A stretch of 61,207 nucleotides of DNA, counting the filler, from Aduncisulcus paluster (taxonomy: Eukaryota), in assembly GCA_024181965.1 (NCBI GenBank). It is 5 parts of 5 records of this genome, joined end to end, with 100 filler letters (N's around TTAATTAATTAA, not from the genome) between each part and the next. Parts side by side here need not be neighbours in the genome. Positions count along the whole stretch, not along the records: positions 1 to 13,403 come from BQXS01010974.1; 4 more parts are not named here. One strand, written 5' to 3'. Within the stretch, counting starts at the first letter, position 1, and every line of letters starts with the position of its first letter. Both the position numbers and the translations under genes were made by a program. Of the stretch, positions 1 to 10,725 are shown in pieces. The notes under the pieces were generated by a model. That model was not told the origin of the DNA. It searched no databases and was given only the letters and a program-made list of their open reading frames with translations.

Positions 1-3000
1 GCTCGGTGGAGTAGCTGACTCGCCTCTTTCGTATATTCGCCTTGTTTCTAACGCAGGAACTGAGTATTCTTACCCGGCAAGATTCTATACCGATCCTTCA
101 ATTCAAACTCCTGATATATCTACTCGTCTAAGTCGTGATCCAAGGCTTGATCAGTATTTTACACGTTCCATTACCTTTGGTTTACAACGAGGCATTGTTT
201 TGATTCTAGATTTGTCCATGGACGAAGCTACCAGGCGGATTATGAATTCTCCTCTACAGAAGTATATTCTTGCTGATTACGCCACTTTAGTGATATCAAC
301 TCTTCAAACTTTCTCAAACGATGATTATATTTCTATTCTTAGTACCGATGGATATTGGAATGGAAAACTTTGGTTCTCAAACTCTGATCTTAACACTAGT
401 TGTGAGGGGACCTCTTCCTCCACTTCCGCGACAGATATGGGTGGCCTTGTTCGTGCTAAGAATTCTGTGAAGGAATCATTGGCTTCAGAACTGATTGAAT
501 ACTTTTTTGAGCTTGATGTCACTGATCTGATCAATGATAGTGAAAACTATATTAGTTCATCTGCTTCCGCTGCCTTCGCCCAGTCAGATCACCCTGTCTT
601 TACATATCTTGACAAGGCCGTCACTCTTCTGCGAAGCGCTATTAATCCTGAGGTCTCTATGACTCAAGTTCTCAAGGAGGCTGCTACCAATCCGTTTGGA
701 TTTTCCACTACACTCGCTTCTATGGGAAAATCGCGTCCTTTGCCTGTGGGAACTCCTCTTTTCCCCATTATTTTCTCACTTGGCAGCGGAATCCACCCGT
801 ACTTCCTGACATACACCCATCACCTCGATCATTTATATACGGATGCATCATTTATTGTCTATTTTTCCCGTCTTAATACTTTATCGGCTCTTCACAACGG
901 TGACTTGTGCACGATGGCGCGTAATCTTCTTGGATCTGACAACGATACAGAAGATATTGATGCTGTCTCTGATATGTGTTCCCTCGTGGGCACCCTACAG
1001 GATGACATTGAACAAACAGAGACGCTTATACAACAAATGAAATGTGACGGAATGCTAGCTCTAATCTCCAGTGAAATTATCAGCGACACTGAGTTTCTTT
1101 TCAAGACTTTGTCCAAATGGGAACGAAATCCTGTATCATATTCAGAAATTACAACTATCTCAGAATCCTCCATCTCTTCTCTTTCGTCAGCTACCACATT
1201 TGATGGGGAATTTTCTCTGGAGACCTTCGAAATATTTCGTTCTCTTGTCTTCACAGCTTCATACCGAGCTTCTAGATCGCTCTTATCTTCTATATCAGTC
1301 AGTCGTGGACGGGCATTCTTCGATTTAACAAAGAATATGGCTTGTCCTGACCAACCAGGAGGTCTGTGTTCGTATAGTGAGACGTTAGAGCATTTCCCTG
1401 TCGTAATTACTGCTGAACGAGACCCCTTAAACCATAATCTCATCGTGATGTCAATGCCTATCATTGTTTCTGATGGTTCCTGCCTTGGATTGCTATCTTA
1501 TGATGTTTCAATGAATGTATTTGATGCATTTACAGATAATTCCTCCCCTTTTTACAGTCTTTCCAGTGATATAACCTTGGATTTAACCCCTTCAATCTCA
1601 TATACAATGTTATTTGCCAATGATTCTCGACTTCTTGTCCACCCTGTCTATACGTCGACTCGTTCTCTGATTCAAAGCGCTGATATCAATGAAGTGGAGG
1701 TCATTGTTAGGCAAGAAGATGATCTGACCTTTGGGGATCTTGTGCTGGCCTCTGTGTTTGATTATAATGTTTCTAGAGGGAGTGTGGATGCTTGGGCACT
1801 ACGGTTGATTGACACATCTTTCACGATGCTTGTCCCCGTGAAAATGAAGTATGAATGGAAGGTGGGGTCATCAGGTATGGTGTTTGTGGTTGCTCTTGCT
1901 GATCGGGATTTACTTTCTTACTCTGTTTCTTCTGTTCCTCCAATATGTGACTCTGCATTTCCAATTACATATGATTCTGAGTATTCAAATATTTACGATC
2001 CATTCAAGACTGGAATCCCCTGCAGACAAAATATTGTTTACAACTCTATTGCGCACTTGGACAGTGCATATTACAAAACTCTTGGATACTATACGGTGTC
2101 AAGCGAAGATGCTGCAATCTCTCCTCTGTATTCTGGAATGACTTTGTTCATGACACCCTCGCTGTTGGTGTCATCTGACATTTTGGCTGCTTCTGAAGCC
2201 CAAATCGAGAGTGTTGATGATCTTACTGTATCTGTGGCCAAGGATATTGCCGATTGGTTTAACGGGGAAGAGACCTCAGTCGCGTATAGTTCACAAGAAG
2301 AGCTTATAATTGGTCAATTATTGGCTATGATGGTCCCATATTATACATATACCCTTCGAAGGACAAGCGAAATGAAATATTATATCTATCAAGTTGGAGC
2401 CATGTTTGAAAATGGAATGGGGGTTTTATTTCCTTCTTCTCCTATTCCATTTGACAGGGAATTCACATCTACATTTGAATTTGCTGAATCGTTGTTTGAC
2501 AATTATGATGTTTTTTTCCATTCGCCCATGCAAGCCCTTATGAGTGGATCAGGATCTGACCTTGAAATCGTCTTACCGATGTATAGGCCAATCATATATG
2601 ATGATTTACACCTTGGAATTACCTTTACGTCGCTCACAATCTCAGCAATAACTGAGACTATGAGTCAATCTGTCTGTGCAAATGATGGAATGAGCTGTTG
2701 GATCTTCAATTCACATGGTTCTGTGGTTTACACGACAGAGGATTCCATGTGGACCAAGCTCTTATATAATGCAAGCAATAGTACAGACTCTGATTCATTT
2801 ATTGGGGAATATTCTCCTCTTCTCTTCCAATTTTTGATCGATAATGCTATCTTTGTGGATAGCGTTGGAATGTTCCAGGATGGCCCACAGCCTTTCTTTT
2901 CCTTTAATATCGATGCATTTGTTGATTCTATAACGATCACATTGAACGGTGAATTAATTACTCAGAATTATGTCTATGGGACAGCTTCAAATTCTTGTAT

Positions 3001-3373
3001 CCTCGAAAATGCTGACAATACAGAGATTCTCTGTCTCAATGGAGGTGATACTAACCTTGTTCTTTGCGCCATCGAAAATGCACCTGATTCTGTTTCATGT
3101 GCAGCTGTCAGCAGACATGAAGACCTCGAAGAAGTCGACAATGCTATATGCGAAATGTCCTATACCTCTAACACTATTTCTCACCTTTGGACCGATGATC
3201 CTATTTTTAGAGAGAAAGATATGTTGAGAAACATCAGTTTGGAGCGTGTTTCTGCAGATGACTGCTCTTGGAAGGATACAACAACCAGCAAGGATAGAAG
3301 CATGGCGGTTGTTGGAGTGATTTGTTGTGGTATCCTTGCCTTGGTGGAAATAATATCATATTGCTGGTTTTGA
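1..3373 (+). CDS. VWA/Cache-domain single-pass membrane protein (alpha-2/delta-like), 5' truncated by window edge
   Basis: ORF over 1057 aa; VWA-like strand ILDLSMD; Cache-like segments (VMSMPII..CLGLLSYDV, DSRLLVHP, CWIFNSHGSVV); Cys-rich ectodomain and C-terminal hydrophobic helix. Confidence 0.6.
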   Translation, partial: LGGVADSPLSYIRLVSNAGTEYSYPARFYTDPSIQTPDISTRLSRDPRLDQYFTRSITFGLQRGIVLILDLSMDEATRRIMNSPLQKYILADYATLVISTLQTFSNDDYISILSTDGYWNGKLWFSNSDLNTSCEGTSSSTSATDMGGLVRAKNSVKESLASELIEYFFELDVTDLINDSENYISSSASAAFAQSDHPVFTYLDKAVTLLRSAINPEVSMTQVLKEAATNPFGFSTTLASMGKSRPLPVGTPLFPIIFSLGSGIHPYFLTYTHHLDHLYTDASFIVYFSRLNTLSALHNGDLCTMARNLLGSDNDTEDIDAVSDMCSLVGTLQDDIEQTETLIQQMKCDGMLALISSEIISDTEFLFKTLSKWERNPVSYSEITTISESSISSLSSATTFDGEFSLETFEIFRSLVFTASYRASRSLLSSISVSRGRAFFDLTKNMACPDQPGGLCSYSETLEHFPVVITAERDPLNHNLIVMSMPIIVSDGSCLGLLSYDVSMNVFDAFTDNSSPFYSLSSDITLDLTPSISYTMLFANDSRLLVHPVYTSTRSLIQSADINEVEVIVRQEDDLTFGDLVLASVFDYNVSRGSVDAWALRLIDTSFTMLVPVKMKYEWKVGSSGMVFVVALADRDLLSYSVSSVPPICDSAFPITYDSEYSNIYDPFKTGIPCRQNIVYNSIAHLDSAYYKTLGYYTVSSEDAAISPLYSGMTLFMTPSLLVSSDILAASEAQIESVDDLTVSVAKDIADWFNGEETSVAYSSQEELIIGQLLAMMVPYYTYTLRRTSEMKYYIYQVGAMFENGMGVLFPSSPIPFDREFTSTFEFAESLFDNYDVFFHSPMQALMSGSGSDLEIVLPMYRPIIYDDLHLGITFTSLTISAITETMSQSVCANDGMSCWIFNSHGSVVYTTEDSMWTKLLYNASNSTDSDSFIGEYSPLLFQFLIDNAIFVDSVGMFQDGPQPFFSFNIDAFVDSITITLNGELITQNYVYGTASNSCILENADNTEILCLNGGDTNLVLCAIENAPDSVSCAAVSRHEDLEEVDNAICEMSYTSNTISHLWTDDPIFREKDMLRNISLERVSADDCSWKDTTTSKDRSMAVVGVICCGILALVEIISYCWF

Positions 3374-4759
3374 GATGATATTTATTTTTTATTCTTTTTT
3401 TAGTAATTTTTGTATTTTTATTATAGTTCTTCGTTTTAAAAAAAATTATCAATTTTATTCAATATTCATTCTAGATTTCTATTTCATCTTACTTTTATTC
3501 TTGATTTTCGGTCTTTTAATGGTATTTTCATTATCTTTGCCATTAATATTATTGTAATTTTCCGGGGTGTTTTTTTTTAAAATCCTAAATATAATTCCAT
3601 ATCTTCTAAGAGAATCACTGATTTATTTCTGCAATATCGCTCTTTTTTGTCAGATTATGATCGATTAAAATTCTTACTATTCGGATCTCTTTCTCGGAAT
3701 TATATATTTTTATTTTGAACACTATTTCCATGTCAATTCATGCTACAAAAGCTTCCTGGGGCCATTTCCTGTATTCTATTTGCTAAATTATGAAGATTCA
3801 CCATAATTTTTACAATCGCTTTGGTCCCATATGAGAGATGTTGGGTATCATTTTATGACAAACATAATAAATAATTCAAACAGATCATATTTCTCATGAG
3901 AAATGAAAACCTTGATAAAAATAGAAACAATGGTCTAATTTTTTGTTATATTAAAGTTTAATTAATGAAATTTCAATCATTTCTAAACTAATTAATTCTA
4001 ATTCTAATCCTAAAGGGCCAAAGAGGGAAATAGGCAAGAAATATTGATAAAGTCAATGAATTTTACAACTTTGATTCATCCCCTGTGACGAGAAAGCCTT
4101 TCTGTCTTTTGGGTCAAAAAAGGAAGTGTCATAACAGTAAAATTTAGTCATAAAATAATTCACGATATAAGCATATAAAGGACATTTGTGCATGAAAATG
4201 CTAAAATTTGTTTTTTATTTTCAATGGATATCCTGAAATAGCAATTTTAGATTTCGAATGGAATATCCTCATGATATATCAAAAATAATGGAATTATTTG
4301 CAGTAAATTTCACGTAAATGTTTTTATTTTGAATTAAAATATCTGATTTATTTCAAAATACAGAAATAAATATTTCAGAGCTTCCGGTCTTGTATTTTTG
4401 AAGTATTCTGCTTATTTTAAAATTATTCTGTTGGTTTAGTTCCAATAAATTGAGTTTTTGGTGGTATCATTGATAGCTGACATACATATTTCCACATGTG
4501 AAAAATCATGATCATTTCGATAATTTTTACTCAAATTACCAGTTAGATGAAATATATGCTAATAAAATGGGATTTAATGGGTAAACCTTGAGTTGGGCTT
4601 GCGAATTTAATGTATAAAGCTTGAATGAATGAAACCTTCAGAGATTGAACCTCAGAAACGTCTCGGGTTGAAATCAAGAAAAAAAGAAAAAAATCAGAAA
4701 ACTATATATATATTACAAAAATATAAATGAAATTACACACTAAATCGGCATTTTTGAGC

Positions 4760-7700
4760 TTACTTCCAAATAATTCCATGTTCATCGGTTGTTTCATTTG
4801 TTTGTTGCTGGGAAGACCGAGGAGATGGAGTTTCACATGATCTTTCCCATTCCTCGTGATTTCCTTCAACATTTGACCTATTTTCAACTATTTTTAGCTG
4901 TTTTTTAGGAGCATCGGGTCCGCCAAGATCTTGAGTTGTCGAATCTCTGGATTTCACGCGAGAACTCGAGGTGAGGCGAGTATAAGGAGCACCGTATCTC
5001 TTGGAATCATCGGTTTTATCCGACATTTCAGCCGATGATTTTGCCGAAACAGAGTGGATCGACCGAGCAAGATGAGACGATGGAAAATGCTCGCCTCCAA
5101 TGGCTTTGTCCTGCATCCTGCCGGAAGTATGGAATATCCTGTCGGAAGGATGGAAAGGATGCAAAGATAAAGGTAATGGGGATGATAATACACTAGTTCG
5201 TGAAGGAATAGACGGAACTTTTGATATAGGGAGAACATTTTGAAGGGTTTTGGGGAAAGGAACGAACATTTTGGCTGGGAAATGGCTCTCTCTTCGTTCA
5301 TTGGCTTTCACTGAACCCTTAGACACATGGGTAGCGATTTTAGAGGACTGGAGAGAAGGAGAGAACAAGGTAGATGTTTGTGGCTCACGGGACCCAAGTA
5401 CAGTATAGGATCCAGAGTGAAAAGCTTTGGCGTGTATTCCATTCGTTGGATTGCTAATTCGAGGAGATTCAGAGGAGGATTTTGAATGGCCAGATGTGGA
5501 AGCCGACTTCTCTTTGGCAAGCTTTCCAATAATTTCCTTAATTACAGCAATGAGAGCAGAATAATCAGAATGGATTAACGTGTAATCAATCGGTTCAGTG
5601 CATCTCATCATCGTTCTGAGTGTATTAATACACACTTCAAGCTCATTTCTTTGTGAATGAGAGTGGTGATTTGTCTGAGTGCCTATTTCATGCAAAAGAG
5701 GTTGATACAAGGAAGTTGGAGAGGCAGAAAGAGTGAATCTAATATTAGAATGTTTCTCATGGAGGGACGATCCATCGACGCTCCACCCATCTATCTCAAG
5801 GGTGTCTATTTCTGGATTCGTTGAAATATCTTGACTGATACTTGACCCATTCGGATGGGAAGACGGGGGAAGTAAAGAATCCATCAAAAAGAATGAAGGA
5901 GTTTGACTGCTTGCTTCACTTTCTGGATGAATCGAGCACTGAATTCCATGAGATCTTAATGTTGGAACCAATCTACCCCGTTGTTCAAGATATTTAGCAT
6001 CAATATAAACCGCTGATCCGGATTCCTCTTCTTCTTCCTCATTCTCCTCTTCTTCTTCTTCCTTCTCCTCTTCTTCCTTCTTTTCTTCTTCTTCTTCCTT
6101 TACCAATTCAACTTGAATCCCAACTTCCTTCGATTTTGGAGATATTTTGGTCTTCTCTTTACGTACAGATGGTGAATACACCCTCAAAACACCAGCACTT
6201 GCACCAACTCTTACTCTTTCGTGCAAATGGATATTCTCTTGTCTTAGTTCACTGGAAATCTTCTCCAATTTCTTTATATCACGCTCTAAAGTTGCTTTCT
6301 GCACCTTCCATGTGTTTTGCTTAGTAGTTAATTGTGATTGGAGATCTAAAACTTTCGCTTGAAGCATTTCAATGGTTTCCGATTGTTCAGCCGCTTCCTT
6401 CATCATGCATGTCTTATCGGTATTCATCTTATTCAAGCGAGAAACATAATATGACAAACGATCTTCTAAAAATAGATTCCTGTTTGAGATAGTTCTATTC
6501 CTGGCCTCGTAATATGACAACGCAGATCCTTGTGTGACCGTATGTGATATTGAATAGGAAGGGATGGAATGAAACAGAGTGAGAGCGTGACCTGTGTTAA
6601 CCCCAATCTGGAGCATAGGTTGGTGAAGGATGGATGTTGATATGGCTGGGACTGAAGTCAATTGAGGGGAGGGGGAAGAAAATAGACTGAGTTTTTCTTC
6701 ATGCATATCAGACTCCTTCTCTTCCTGCTTAACAATAGATGATCTAATTCTTTGAGAAAGATAGCCCTCTCTAACTGGTGTGGTTTTGAACGAGTCATGT
6801 GGGTAGATGAGAGATTTGAAATCGTAAATAATTACGTCTCCACACTCACAAATGCAAACGTTGTTTTTATCAGAACCAACGCACACACTGACAGTCATAT
6901 CAGTAGACGTTGTGATATATTGAGATGGGTCTGAGATTGGATGCTTTGATTGAGACAGCTGGGAACGATTGCTTTCAGTTTCACCACCAACCATCAAAGA
7001 ATTTTGTAGACCTCCAATATTAGGGCTCAGCACATGTGTTGAATGCACAGCTGGAGATGAGAGCTGCATCGAATAATGTAAATGTGTGTTTGTATTGCTG
7101 GAAATAGGATTCCTAATAGAACTCAACAGTGGAGCTTTGGAAGATCTTTTCATCCATAGGGGCATCTTGATTCGCTTGACATCGTCTCCATCTCCAACAA
7201 TATCCTCACACGCAAGCACACAGGCACCAGTTGTAACTGTGAATGATACAAATGACGCAGGAAATGAGGCAGGAAGATGTACAATTGAAGCTGGAATGGA
7301 GATAAGGGCTGAAAGATGGGCAAATCGAAGGAATCGGAGGAAAGAGGAAGGAAGATCCGAAGGTTTTGAACCAATAGATTTCCGTTTGAGTCTCTCACGC
7401 TCTTGTTCTTGCTGATCTTCTCTTTCTGAGCGACTCATGAAGCTCAATTCATATGTGTGAAGAATGCCAGAAGATAGGGATGCAATGAAAATAGGAATGC
7501 CGCAAGATGTGAATAAGGAAGACCCGGACATGACAACTTCATTATCAGCACAAACACATTCAAATCGACACGTGGTCTCATTTTCTTCCTCGGACTCAGA
7601 ATTACCGTCAGAACTTAGTCTATTTTTAGAATCGGTGTCGGATGATAATAGAGAGAGGAGCACCTCACCAGAGTTTCTACAGATGCATATCACAGATTCC

Positions 7701-10465
7701 TCGTTCGAGCATTGATACACACATACGTGTACAATATTGTTGGAAGGGACAGTAAGATGGAATGGAGATGACACATCTTTTGTTGTGTGTGCTGAGTGAA
7801 ATTCATCATCTTTTTCATTCTCATCTTTAATAACTATATCAACTTTACGTCCACTTTGCTTCATTTCTCCTTCCTCTTCTTCTTCTTCTTCTTNNNNNNN
7901 NNNNNNNNNNNNNGACTCAGAATTACCGTCAGAACTTAGTCTATTTTTAGAATCGGTGTCGGATGATAATAGAGAGAGGAGCACCTCACCAGAGTTTCTA
8001 CAGATGCATATCACAGATTCCTCGTTCGAGCATTGATACACACATACGTGTACAATATTGTTGGAAGGGACAGTAAGATGGAATGGAGATGACACATCTT
8101 TTGTTGTGTGTGCTGAGTGAAATTCATCATCTTTTTCATTCTCATCTTTAATAACTATATCAACTTTACGTCCACTTTGCTTCATTTCTCCTTCCTCTTC
8201 TTCTTCTTCTTCTTCTTCAATTTCTTCATCAGATTGGTCACACCACACAATTTCATCCGATTCACAACATTTCATAACACATACTTGTTGGGCATTCCAG
8301 AAAGAAATATACCGAAATGGAGTTCCATTTGTCGATCTATTTTTAGAAATCTGAGAAGAACTTTCTATGCCACCTCCCGATTCCACGCTCTCTGTGAGAC
8401 TGGATGAATCAGCAAATCCCTTACTAATCAAAGACATGGAATCTTGCAGAGAACTGTCACATGGGATGACAGAAAGAGATAGATTCGTTGGGATAATTGG
8501 AAGTCGAATAACGTTAGCCAGAACGCCGGAAAGAAGGCTATATTTAAACACATAACATATATCAGTCCGCTCACACGTTGTAATACAATATAAATGATCA
8601 TTACAAACTGTCACGAGGGAAGGATTGGTCGATTGGATTCGTAACGTATCATTTTTCACAATTACTCCCTCACAGAGCTTCATACACACACATACGTTAT
8701 TTGAATGAACTAAGACGACCCAATTATTATCCACAATGTTGTTTATACACCTTGAGGAGCCTGGAACATGGGCTGGAACATGAGGAAAGCACAAACGAGT
8801 GAGGGGAAGAAGAGATAAAGGGAGCTTAGGTGGATGAAATGCATGGGAATGTTCAGAAGATGCCACTGGGAATGAACCCTCCCAAGTAACTATTGTGGAA
8901 GGAACAACCATAGCTTTACAAATCCCACCATTATTACAGATACAAACGATATGGCTATCATCCCCACTATCAGCAATGCAAAGACACTCGCTGTCACGAC
9001 GAAGAGAGTGTCGAACAGAAGTTAAGATGGACGGATCTTGTTCAATACAGATAGATTTGACACGGTGAGAGAGAGATGAATCCCAAAAACAGTCAGAGAT
9101 GAACATAGCGGATGAGCAAGACAATGGAGATGTCAAACATTTCCCTTTCCTTGACTTCAGAAGACTCCAGATTGCTGGAATGGCATAAATAGCATTATAC
9201 GGGAATCCATGAGTGTGTGTAAGAATGGAAGAATCATGTGAATAAATTTTCCCACGACCTGACATTCTGGCCGATGTTGAAATACCATCTTGGCACAAAC
9301 AAACCAATGTTTCACCACCATCCACAGTGCGTTGAGCAGTAATACGAAGAGGGGCTGATGGTAGCTGGACAACTTCACAAACATCGAAAAGGAGAGAGGG
9401 AGAAGTTGGATCTCTTGATACCATGGATGGGGAGGAAAGATTCCTTCCGTCACTGGGTCGAATCATTTCACAATCGACTTTCTGGTCTAAAAATAACATC
9501 AATACAGTCCCACACTTCAATCCTACGAACATAAAGTGCATGCTGTGCTTTGATTGACACATACACATAACTTCTGAGCCAGAGCCCTGGTTTCTATCAG
9601 AAATGACCTCAAACTCACTTTCTACACTGAGAAACTCACTCTCGGAACTGAAACTACGGGTTTGGGAACGGGCAGAGAGGTGAGGCTGCGTGGGGATGAG
9701 TGGAATGGTGTATTGTTTTCCCATGAAACCGTCAGAACAAACACAAACACAGATCAATCCATGTCTCAAGGTTGCACATATCATCACGTTACAACACAGG
9801 GCTACACATGTAATTAAAAGCTCTGCTGCTGGGGTTTCTTTCATAGAATGGACCAGTGAAGTCGTTATAAATGGAGATAGACGAGAAACACGACAAAATA
9901 CATGGGATTGAAGTTTTTCAGCAGGATTGATTGGGAATATTGAGGGCAACATTGTAAAAAGGGGGATTTCAATGCATATACCACACGAACTAACACATGC
10001 TATCGCATATCCAGTGAAAACAAGTCCAATGATTGTATCTTGATGTGATTTAGAGGATTCATGACTTTCTTCCGAACTTAATGGGAGATCGTCATCATCC
10101 GGAGCAGATAGGCTACGTGTTAATTCTTCTTTCAGCAAAAAGAAACTTCCTCCTCGCTTAGAATGCTGTTCTTTTGCAAACTGATAATATAGAGAGGATT
10201 CATGGATTATAACATGTTTTATCACATCAAAAATGACGATTTGTTTGTCAAGTACAATGCAAATAAAATTTGTATCAGTGATAGCAGTAATACATGAGAT
10301 AGAAGGGAAAATAGTGTCGGAACTAGTGTTATTAAAATTTGAAACGAAAACAAGATCCATTGTCATGGAATCATAAAAATACAAAATGGGATCAGATTTT
10401 TCCTTCCACACACAAATTTGATTCGAGTGTGGGAGTAGATAACTATTGTAGAGAGATCCAGTCAT
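4760..10465 (-). CDS. Large hypothetical protein: beta-rich (propeller-like) N-half, coiled coil, Ser-rich tail; contains ~100 aa artefactual duplication at the N gap
   Basis: 1901-aa ORF with AT-rich flanks; segment ~7593-7893 repeated after the 20-N gap. Confidence 0.7.
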   Translation of the reverse strand: MTGSLYNSYLLPHSNQICVWKEKSDPILYFYDSMTMDLVFVSNFNNTSSDTIFPSISCITAITDTNFICIVLDKQIVIFDVIKHVIIHESSLYYQFAKEQHSKRGGSFFLLKEELTRSLSAPDDDDLPLSSEESHESSKSHQDTIIGLVFTGYAIACVSSCGICIEIPLFTMLPSIFPINPAEKLQSHVFCRVSRLSPFITTSLVHSMKETPAAELLITCVALCCNVMICATLRHGLICVCVCSDGFMGKQYTIPLIPTQPHLSARSQTRSFSSESEFLSVESEFEVISDRNQGSGSEVMCMCQSKHSMHFMFVGLKCGTVLMLFLDQKVDCEMIRPSDGRNLSSPSMVSRDPTSPSLLFDVCEVVQLPSAPLRITAQRTVDGGETLVCLCQDGISTSARMSGRGKIYSHDSSILTHTHGFPYNAIYAIPAIWSLLKSRKGKCLTSPLSCSSAMFISDCFWDSSLSHRVKSICIEQDPSILTSVRHSLRRDSECLCIADSGDDSHIVCICNNGGICKAMVVPSTIVTWEGSFPVASSEHSHAFHPPKLPLSLLPLTRLCFPHVPAHVPGSSRCINNIVDNNWVVLVHSNNVCVCMKLCEGVIVKNDTLRIQSTNPSLVTVCNDHLYCITTCERTDICYVFKYSLLSGVLANVIRLPIIPTNLSLSVIPCDSSLQDSMSLISKGFADSSSLTESVESGGGIESSSQISKNRSTNGTPFRYISFWNAQQVCVMKCCESDEIVWCDQSDEEIEEEEEEEEEGEMKQSGRKVDIVIKDENEKDDEFHSAHTTKDVSSPFHLTVPSNNIVHVCVYQCSNEESVICICRNSGEVLLSLLSSDTDSKNRLSSDGNSEXXXXXXXXEEEEEEEGEMKQSGRKVDIVIKDENEKDDEFHSAHTTKDVSSPFHLTVPSNNIVHVCVYQCSNEESVICICRNSGEVLLSLLSSDTDSKNRLSSDGNSESEEENETTCRFECVCADNEVVMSGSSLFTSCGIPIFIASLSSGILHTYELSFMSRSEREDQQEQERERLKRKSIGSKPSDLPSSFLRFLRFAHLSALISIPASIVHLPASFPASFVSFTVTTGACVLACEDIVGDGDDVKRIKMPLWMKRSSKAPLLSSIRNPISSNTNTHLHYSMQLSSPAVHSTHVLSPNIGGLQNSLMVGGETESNRSQLSQSKHPISDPSQYITTSTDMTVSVCVGSDKNNVCICECGDVIIYDFKSLIYPHDSFKTTPVREGYLSQRIRSSIVKQEEKESDMHEEKLSLFSSPSPQLTSVPAISTSILHQPMLQIGVNTGHALTLFHSIPSYSISHTVTQGSALSYYEARNRTISNRNLFLEDRLSYYVSRLNKMNTDKTCMMKEAAEQSETIEMLQAKVLDLQSQLTTKQNTWKVQKATLERDIKKLEKISSELRQENIHLHERVRVGASAGVLRVYSPSVRKEKTKISPKSKEVGIQVELVKEEEEEKKEEEEKEEEEEENEEEEEESGSAVYIDAKYLEQRGRLVPTLRSHGIQCSIHPESEASSQTPSFFLMDSLLPPSSHPNGSSISQDISTNPEIDTLEIDGWSVDGSSLHEKHSNIRFTLSASPTSLYQPLLHEIGTQTNHHSHSQRNELEVCINTLRTMMRCTEPIDYTLIHSDYSALIAVIKEIIGKLAKEKSASTSGHSKSSSESPRISNPTNGIHAKAFHSGSYTVLGSREPQTSTLFSPSLQSSKIATHVSKGSVKANERRESHFPAKMFVPFPKTLQNVLPISKVPSIPSRTSVLSSPLPLSLHPFHPSDRIFHTSGRMQDKAIGGEHFPSSHLARSIHSVSAKSSAEMSDKTDDSKRYGAPYTRLTSSSRVKSRDSTTQDLGGPDAPKKQLKIVENRSNVEGNHEEWERSCETPSPRSSQQQTNETTDEHGIIWK
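7894..7913. other. 20-N scaffold gap with flanking false duplication (also 18546-18565, 22294-22313, 38517-38536, 49958-49977)
   Basis: At each gap ~250-420 bp before the gap is repeated identically after it. Confidence 0.9.
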
Positions 10466-10725
10466 TTATGAATATAATAGGCAATAATATATTTTTGAAA
10501 AATGAATAAAAAGGTAGAATTACAGAAAATGAACTTAAAATAATTACTGATCACAGAAAAAAACTGCTTCAATTTTTTTCATTCATCTATGGGCAAACTA
10601 TCATCTGTGGTTTCTTAATATATTTGAAATGTATCAAAAATTTCATTATTTAAAAATTTATTTTATTTTTTTGCACAATTCAAATTCCAAATCAAAAAAA
10701 TTGTGAAGCGAACAATAGCGATCAA

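Noticed and set aside
7593-8212. Internal tandem duplications here and in the hutG-like gene, PTEN 3' end, 18.1-19.0 kb and 38.2-38.8 kb
   Set aside because: Each is identical and centred on a 20-N gap: unmerged contig overlaps
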